A stretch of 32,000 nucleotides of DNA from Pseudomonas aeruginosa (GTDB lineage Bacteria > Pseudomonadota > Gammaproteobacteria > Pseudomonadales > Pseudomonadaceae): the NCBI RefSeq assembly GCF_001457615.1, contig NZ_LN831024.1:4920001-4952000 (forward strand). The letters run 5' to 3'. The notes beneath the pieces were generated by a model. The model was not told the origin of the DNA. It did not search any database and saw only the letters and a program-made list of their open reading frames with translations. The translations under genes were made by a program, and so were the position numbers. Positions 27,050-32,000 of the stretch are shown piece after piece (the stretch's first letter is position 1; each line of letters begins with the position of its first letter).

Positions 27050-28325
27050 CAACATCGAGTAAAACTTCGAACCGGCAGCCATGCGGCTCCACCGCGCTGA
27101 GGGTTACGCTCCAGCCCTCGGCGGCGCAGATCCGCTTCACCAGCGAGAGCCCGAGGCCAAGGCCTTCGCCGCGCCCGGAGCTGGAACTGCCGCGAACGAA
27201 GGGCATGAAAATGCGTTCGCGTTGTTCTTCCGGGACGCCCGCCCCGGTGTCCTCGACGCTGAAACCATGCTCGTCGAGGGTCAGCGTGATGCTCCCGGCA
27301 TCGGTGTAGTGGGTCGCGTTGCGCAACAGGTTGCCCATCACCGCGCGCAGCAGTGGCGCGTTGAACTGGCCGGCGCAGGCACCTTCGTTGCGGTAGTGCA
27401 GGGTCAGTCCTCGCGCCTCGACCTGTTCGCGCCAGACCTGGACCAGGTCGTCGGCGATGCTCTCCAGGCTACCGTGGGGCGCCAGGCTTTCCTCGCCCTT
27501 CTGCGCACGCGCCAGCAACAGGAAGGTTTGCACCAGGTCGCGCATCTCCTCGGTGGCCTTGGTCATCCGCTCCAGTTGGCCACGGGCGCGCGGGCCGAGG
27601 CTGGGTTCTTCGGCCAGCAGTTCGCATGAGGTGGCGATGACCATCAACGGCGTACGCAACTCATGACTGACGTCGCTGGTGAACAATTGCTCGCGCTTGA
27701 GCGCGTCGCGCAGGCGGCCAAGGGTCTCGTCGAAGGAAGCGGCCAGCTCGCCGACCTCGTCGTTGGCGTAGTCCGGCGCCAACGGCGGCGCCAGACCGAG
27801 CAACTGTTCGCGATGCCGCACCTGGCGCGCCAGGCGCACCACCGGCTCCATCACCTTGCGCGCGAGCATCCAGCCAAGCAGGCCGGCCAGGGCGATGCTC
27901 AGCACGTAGCCGGTCAGCACCGAGGCGTAGAGCACCTGCTCGCGCGCTTCGAAATCGCTCTGGTCCTGCAGCAGGACGAAGCGGCGACCATCGATGTCGC
28001 GCACCAGCGCATGGAACGACAAGTCGCCCTCGAACACTTCGTGGAAACCGACATCCAGTTGGTCCAGCGCCGGCGGCATGGCGTAGGAGCCCTGGCCGTC
28101 GCTGATGAAGAAGCGCATGCCGGGATCGAGCACCGGGTTGCGTCCCTGGGCCAGGTCGTCGCGCAGGATGCGCTCCAGTTCGCCGCCCAGGTCGCGGGAA
28201 ATCAGGCGCTCCTCGATGATGTGGACCACGCCGACGATGCCGGCGGAGAACAGTCCCCCCACGGCGACCGTCATCAGCATGAAGGCGATGACGATCCGGC
28301 GGGCGAGGCTCTGCTTATACTCCAT
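27045..28325 (-). CDS. colS: Sensor histidine kinase ColS
   Basis: 426 aa; two TM segments, HAMP-like region, H-box LFTSDVSHELRTPLMVI, N-box LLRNATHYTDAGSITL, G-box GRGEGLGLGLSLVKRIC; paired with an OmpR-family regulator. Confidence 0.93.
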   Translation of the reverse strand: MEYKQSLARRIVIAFMLMTVAVGGLFSAGIVGVVHIIEERLISRDLGGELERILRDDLAQGRNPVLDPGMRFFISDGQGSYAMPPALDQLDVGFHEVFEGDLSFHALVRDIDGRRFVLLQDQSDFEAREQVLYASVLTGYVLSIALAGLLGWMLARKVMEPVVRLARQVRHREQLLGLAPPLAPDYANDEVGELAASFDETLGRLRDALKREQLFTSDVSHELRTPLMVIATSCELLAEEPSLGPRARGQLERMTKATEEMRDLVQTFLLLARAQKGEESLAPHGSLESIADDLVQVWREQVEARGLTLHYRNEGACAGQFNAPLLRAVMGNLLRNATHYTDAGSITLTLDEHGFSVEDTGAGVPEEQRERIFMPFVRGSSSSGRGEGLGLGLSLVKRICAAEGWSVTLSAVEPHGCRFEVLLDVA

Positions 28326-28998
28326 TCGGCTCCTCCGCCAGGCGGTAGCCGACGCCATGCACCGTATGCAGCAAGGCCACGGAGAATGGCTTGTCGATCA
28401 CCTGACGGAGTTGATGGACGTGGCTGCGCAGGCTGTCACTGTCCGGGCAGTCGTCGCCCCAGACCGCTTCTTCCAGGGCATCCCGGCGCACCACATGGGG
28501 GCTCTTCTGCATCAGCACGGCGAGCAGCTTTAGGCCGATCGGATTGAGCTTGAGCGACTTGCCCGCGCGCTTGACCTCCAGGGTATCCAGGTCATAGCTG
28601 AGATCGGCCACGCTCAGCTCGCGGCGGCCGCCACCCTGGGCGCGACGCAGCACCGCCTCGATGCGTGCGGAAAGTTCGGAAAGGGCGAAGGGCTTGACCA
28701 GGTAATCGTCGGCTCCGGAACGAAACCCCTGCAGGCGATCGTCCAACTGGTCGCGGGCGGTGAGCATGATCACCGGGGTGTCGCGCCGTGCGTCTTCGCG
28801 CAGGCGCCGGCACAGGGCATAGCCGTCGATTCCCGGCAGCATCACGTCGAGCACGATCAGGTCGTAGTGCTCGGTGGCCGCCAGGTGCAGGCCGGACAGC
28901 CCGTCCTGCGCGCAATCCACGGTATAGCCCTTGAGCGACAGGTAATCGGCCAGGTTGGCCAGGATGTCGCGGTTGTCTTCGACCACCAGTATTCGCAT
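28315..28998 (-). CDS. colR: OmpR-family response regulator ColR
   Basis: 227 aa; MRILVVEDNRDILANLADYLSLKGYTVDCAQDGLSGLHLAATEHYDLIVLDVMLPGIDGYALC; C-terminal winged helix; overlaps colS by 11 bp. Confidence 0.94.
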   Translation of the reverse strand: MRILVVEDNRDILANLADYLSLKGYTVDCAQDGLSGLHLAATEHYDLIVLDVMLPGIDGYALCRRLREDARRDTPVIMLTARDQLDDRLQGFRSGADDYLVKPFALSELSARIEAVLRRAQGGGRRELSVADLSYDLDTLEVKRAGKSLKLNPIGLKLLAVLMQKSPHVVRRDALEEAVWGDDCPDSDSLRSHVHQLRQVIDKPFSVALLHTVHGVGYRLAEEPNGV

Positions 28999-29214
28999 GT
29001 CCCACTCCTTCGCAGGAAGACCGATTGAGCGCCTCTCGCGCATTTACGGATTCTTCACCGGCGATTCACACCGGCTCTACGCTCGCCACCAGAGACTGCA
29101 TGGCGTCTTCCATGGCCGCCGATCATAGCGGCTTTGCGGATGCGCACGAACCCCGGCGGTGGATTTAACCAGCGTCGAAGTCAAGAGAACGTCAACGCCA
29201 GCGTTGGAGATCGC

Positions 29215-30009
29215 ATGACCCAGGCCGCCGTCCATTCCCCTTCCCGTCCATTCAACCCCTGGCTGTTCCTCGCCCTGCCGCTGGGCCTGGCGGCACTGCT
29301 GCTGGCCTTCGAGCCGGTGACCCTCGACCTCGCCCTGGCCAACCTGATGTACGACCCGGGCGCCGGCTTCATCGGCCGGCACAGTTGGTTCCTGGAGAAC
29401 ATCCTGCACGACCGGGTCAAGCAACTGGTGATCGCCATCAGCGTCCTCGGCCTGCTGGTCTCCATCGCCGGACTGTTCCACCGGCCATGGCGCGCACTGA
29501 GCAGGCCGCTGGCCTATGTGTTCCTCGCCATGAGCCTTGCAGCCAGCATAGTCACTCCGCTCAAGGCGCTCACCGCCGTGCAGTGCCCCTGGAGCCTGGC
29601 GCAGTTCGGCGGCGAGGAAACCTATAGTTCGCTGCTCAGCCCACGGCCGCCGACCGAGCACCCCGGACGCTGCTGGCCGGGCGGGCACGCATCGTCCGGA
29701 TTCGTCCTGTTCGCGCTGTTCTTCGCCCTGCGCGACCGCAAGCCCAGGCTGGCGCGCTACGCCCTGGCCTTCGCCTTCGCCATGGGCTGTCTGCTATCGC
29801 TGTCGCGCATGCTGCAAGGTGCGCACTTCCTCTCGCACAACCTGTGGACGATGCTGTTCGACTGGCTGATCTGCCTCGGCCTGTACCGCCTGATGCTCTA
29901 CCGACCGGAGACGCGGGGACAGCGCAACGGCGGCGCCGACGAAAACCGCGTTCAGGAAGACGATTCGTCCGCTCCCAGCACGCCGAACTCGATGGGCACC
30001 TTCATGTAG
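29215..30009 (+). CDS. PAP2-superfamily membrane phosphatase
   Basis: 264 aa; PAP2 motifs (PPTEHPGRCWPGGHASSG and SLSRMLQGAHFLSHNLWTMLFDW); multiple TM segments; 3' end overlaps the convergent DUF190 gene. Confidence 0.9.
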   Translation: MTQAAVHSPSRPFNPWLFLALPLGLAALLLAFEPVTLDLALANLMYDPGAGFIGRHSWFLENILHDRVKQLVIAISVLGLLVSIAGLFHRPWRALSRPLAYVFLAMSLAASIVTPLKALTAVQCPWSLAQFGGEETYSSLLSPRPPTEHPGRCWPGGHASSGFVLFALFFALRDRKPRLARYALAFAFAMGCLLSLSRMLQGAHFLSHNLWTMLFDWLICLGLYRLMLYRPETRGQRNGGADENRVQEDDSSAPSTPNSMGTFM

Positions 30010-30281
30010 AACAGCCGCACGCCGGCCTGGCGGATCGACTCGAACAGCCGTTCTGCCTGCTCGGGATCGACCGCCATGAGGATTTCCTGCGGCTGGTCGG
30101 CCAGCTCGAAGAAGTGCATCGAATGCAGCCGGCCGCTCTGGCCGAAGCCTTCGCTGGCAGCCAGCGCGGTGGCACCGCGCACGCCCAGGCGGCGCGCCTC
30201 TTCCAGCAGCCAGTCGCAGATCGGCTGGCCCTGGTGGCGGCGCCCCTGCTGGGTGATGAAGGTCAGTTGATAGCCTTGCAT
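29952..30281 (-). CDS. DUF190 family protein
   Basis: 109 aa; MQGYQLTFITQQGRRHQGQPICDWLLEEARRLGVRGATALAASEGFGQSGRLHSMHFFELADQPQEILMAVDPEQAERLF; commonly adjacent to crcB. Confidence 0.9.
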   Translation of the reverse strand: MQGYQLTFITQQGRRHQGQPICDWLLEEARRLGVRGATALAASEGFGQSGRLHSMHFFELADQPQEILMAVDPEQAERLFESIRQAGVRLFYMKVPIEFGVLGADESSS

Positions 30282-30300
30282 GGTCGGTCCTCCCGCTGCG

Positions 30301-30683
30301 CTATTTGCCCAGCATCCAGTTCATCGAGAACAACCCCAGCAGGGTCATCAGCAACGAGCCGCTGACGTGCGTCGCGATGGCCCCGGCGGCCCAGCCCAGG
30401 CGGCCCTCCTGAAGCAGGCTGACGACCTCGGCGGAAAAGGTGGAGAAAGTGGTCAGGCCGCCGCAGAACCCGGTGATGATCAGTAGCCGCCATTCCGGAG
30501 CGATGCCCGGCGCCTGGGCGAAATAGGCAATCGCCGCGCCGATGACATAGCCGCCGACCAGGTTGGCCAGCAGCGTGCCGGGGGAATGCTGGGCAGCAGG
30601 CTGTTCAGCTTGAGCCCGAGGAACCAGCGCAGCAACGCCCCCAGGGCGGCGCCGAGGGCGATGGCGAGAATGGATTTCCACAT
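30301..30683 (-). pseudogene. crcB: Fluoride ion channel CrcB (Fluc), apparently frameshifted by a 1-nt homopolymer deletion
   Basis: [35 protein letters not shown] is in one frame. [92 protein letters not shown] is in another. The switch is at the G5 run (30580-30584; C5 in sense). Adding one base restores one continuous CrcB. Confidence 0.9.
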
Positions 30684-30727
30684 AGTCCTGTCCTTGTAGG
30701 AGCGATTCGGACAGGCGGCAGGCGAGC

Positions 30728-30759
30728 GCCTACGCGCCTTTCCAGGTTCATGCGTAGGC
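30728..30759 (-). promoter_or_regulatory. Putative expression-platform hairpin of the fluoride riboswitch
   Basis: 8-bp inverted repeat GCCTACGC ... GCGTAGGC (30752-30759 with 30728-30735) that would sequester the conserved 3' CCTAC segment of the aptamer. Confidence 0.5.
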
Positions 30760-30803
30760 ATCATCAGCCCCAGGGGCGGTTGAAGGAGGAATGCCATCTC
30801 CTG
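30752..30803 (-). ncRNA. Fluoride riboswitch (crcB RNA motif) aptamer upstream of crcB
   Basis: Minus strand AGGAGATGGCATTCCTCCTTCAACCGCCCCTGGGGCTGATGATGCCTACGC: matches GGnGATGGCATTCCnCC...ACCGCC-hairpin-GGCTGATGATGCCTAC, including the GGCAT/ATGCC complementarity; about 70 nt upstream of the crcB start. Confidence 0.93.
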
Positions 30804-30911
30804 TCGGCAAGATTGGCACAAAGCGAGGCACCTATCAAAGGCCGGAGTACGCCGGATCGCCCGAAGCGTGCCAGTCTAGGGAACCTTCCCCCTTCCTTCG
30901 CCGGAGCCCCC

Positions 30912-31598
30912 ATGCGCCCAGTCCTGCTGCTTTGCTGCCTGTTCCTGTCCGCCACCGCCCAGGCCGAGGATTGCTCGCCGCAAACCTCTGTCGGTAGCTG
31001 GTGCGAGCTGCCGCTCGCGGCCCTCCACCCGACCCAGCAGAATGTCGGCCTGCTGCAGGTCGAGGATGACCAGGCCAAGCTCGCCGGGAAGAAGCCCAAG
31101 GCTCTCGAGCGCTACTTGCGCAAGAAGGAGATTCCGGTGGTGATCGGCCCCGGCGGCCGCTTCTACCTCACCGATCGCCATCACCTGAGTAGCGCGCTCT
31201 GGCGCCTGGACCCGAAACAGGGCGTGCCGGTGAAGGTGATCGGCCGGCTACCCCAGGCCAGCGACTTCTGGGAGAAGATGCAGGAAAACCACTGGGTCTG
31301 GCTGCACGATGCGCGTGGCGCGGAGATCCCGCCCGAGGCCCTGCCGGACGCTCTCGCCGGGCTTGGCGACGATCCCTACCGCGCCCTGGCCGGCTACGCC
31401 GAGGACGAGAACGCCTTCGACAAGGATCGGCAGAGCTATTTCATCGAATTCCACTGGGCGCGCTATTTCGGCGAACGCATGCACTGGCGGCCGATCAGCC
31501 GCGCCACTCTGCCCGACGACCTGAAGCAGGCACTGCGCCTGGCCTGCGAACCGGCGGCAAGGGAGCTGCCGGGCTACCGCCAGGACTGCCCGCACTGA
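30912..31598 (+). CDS. Secreted ParB-like/ParBc-type conserved hypothetical protein
   Basis: 228 aa from ATG at 30912 with signal peptide MRPVLLLCCLFLSATAQAED; LHPTQQNVGLLQVEDDQAKL...IPVVIGPGGRFYLTDRHHLSSALWR. Confidence 0.8.
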   Translation: MRPVLLLCCLFLSATAQAEDCSPQTSVGSWCELPLAALHPTQQNVGLLQVEDDQAKLAGKKPKALERYLRKKEIPVVIGPGGRFYLTDRHHLSSALWRLDPKQGVPVKVIGRLPQASDFWEKMQENHWVWLHDARGAEIPPEALPDALAGLGDDPYRALAGYAEDENAFDKDRQSYFIEFHWARYFGERMHWRPISRATLPDDLKQALRLACEPAARELPGYRQDCPH

Positions 31599-31603
31599 GG
31601 AAT

Positions 31604-31630
31604 AAAAAAGCCCCGCCGAAGCGGGCTTTT
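31604..31630. terminator. Rho-independent terminator between the convergent ParB-like gene and groEL
   Basis: AAAAGCCCCGC-CGAA-GCGGGCTTTT, GC-rich stem with flanking A and T tracts; 4C versus 3G imperfect pairing. Confidence 0.85.
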
Positions 31631-31652
31631 CCAACCACAGGGGCCGGTCGGC

Positions 31653-32000
<348 letters not shown>

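Overview
This 32 kb, GC-rich window is ordinary core chromosome of a Pseudomonas, and its gene order matches my recollection of the P. aeruginosa PA4356-PA4385 region. From left to right it holds: the 3' end of a xenB-type flavin reductase; feoC-feoB-feoA; a coiled-coil membrane protein; a small ORF; an NAD-dependent epimerase; a saccharopine-dehydrogenase-like protein; argP/iciA; an ACT-like protein; a LysE/ArgO exporter; sodB; bifA; a GIDE-like protein and lemA; an imelysin / di-heme / imelysin / DUF1513 cluster that includes icmP; the mexVW RND pump; pncB; a PA4377-like small protein, inaA and a methyltransferase; colS/colR; a PAP2 phosphatase; DUF190; crcB; a secreted ParB-like hypothetical; and the 3' end of groEL. 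I found no prophage, transposon, CRISPR array or novel defence or biosynthetic system. The most useful observations are: (1) an almost certain crcB-type fluoride riboswitch upstream of crcB, with an 8-nt inverted repeat that could act as its expression platform; (2) single-base homopolymer frameshifts in both crcB and the lysE/argO gene, which could be strain mutations or assembly errors; (3) a tandem CTTAAG-N5-CTTAAG (TTAAG-N6-TTAAG) site upstream of feoA that fits the BqsR/PmrA-type box; (4) helically phased CTTGAC repeats between colS and the methyltransferase-inaA genes; (5) a hairpin-rich sodB leader; (6) paired imelysins around a di-heme protein with Fur-like AT-rich motifs. All identities come from reading the translations. 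No database search was run.
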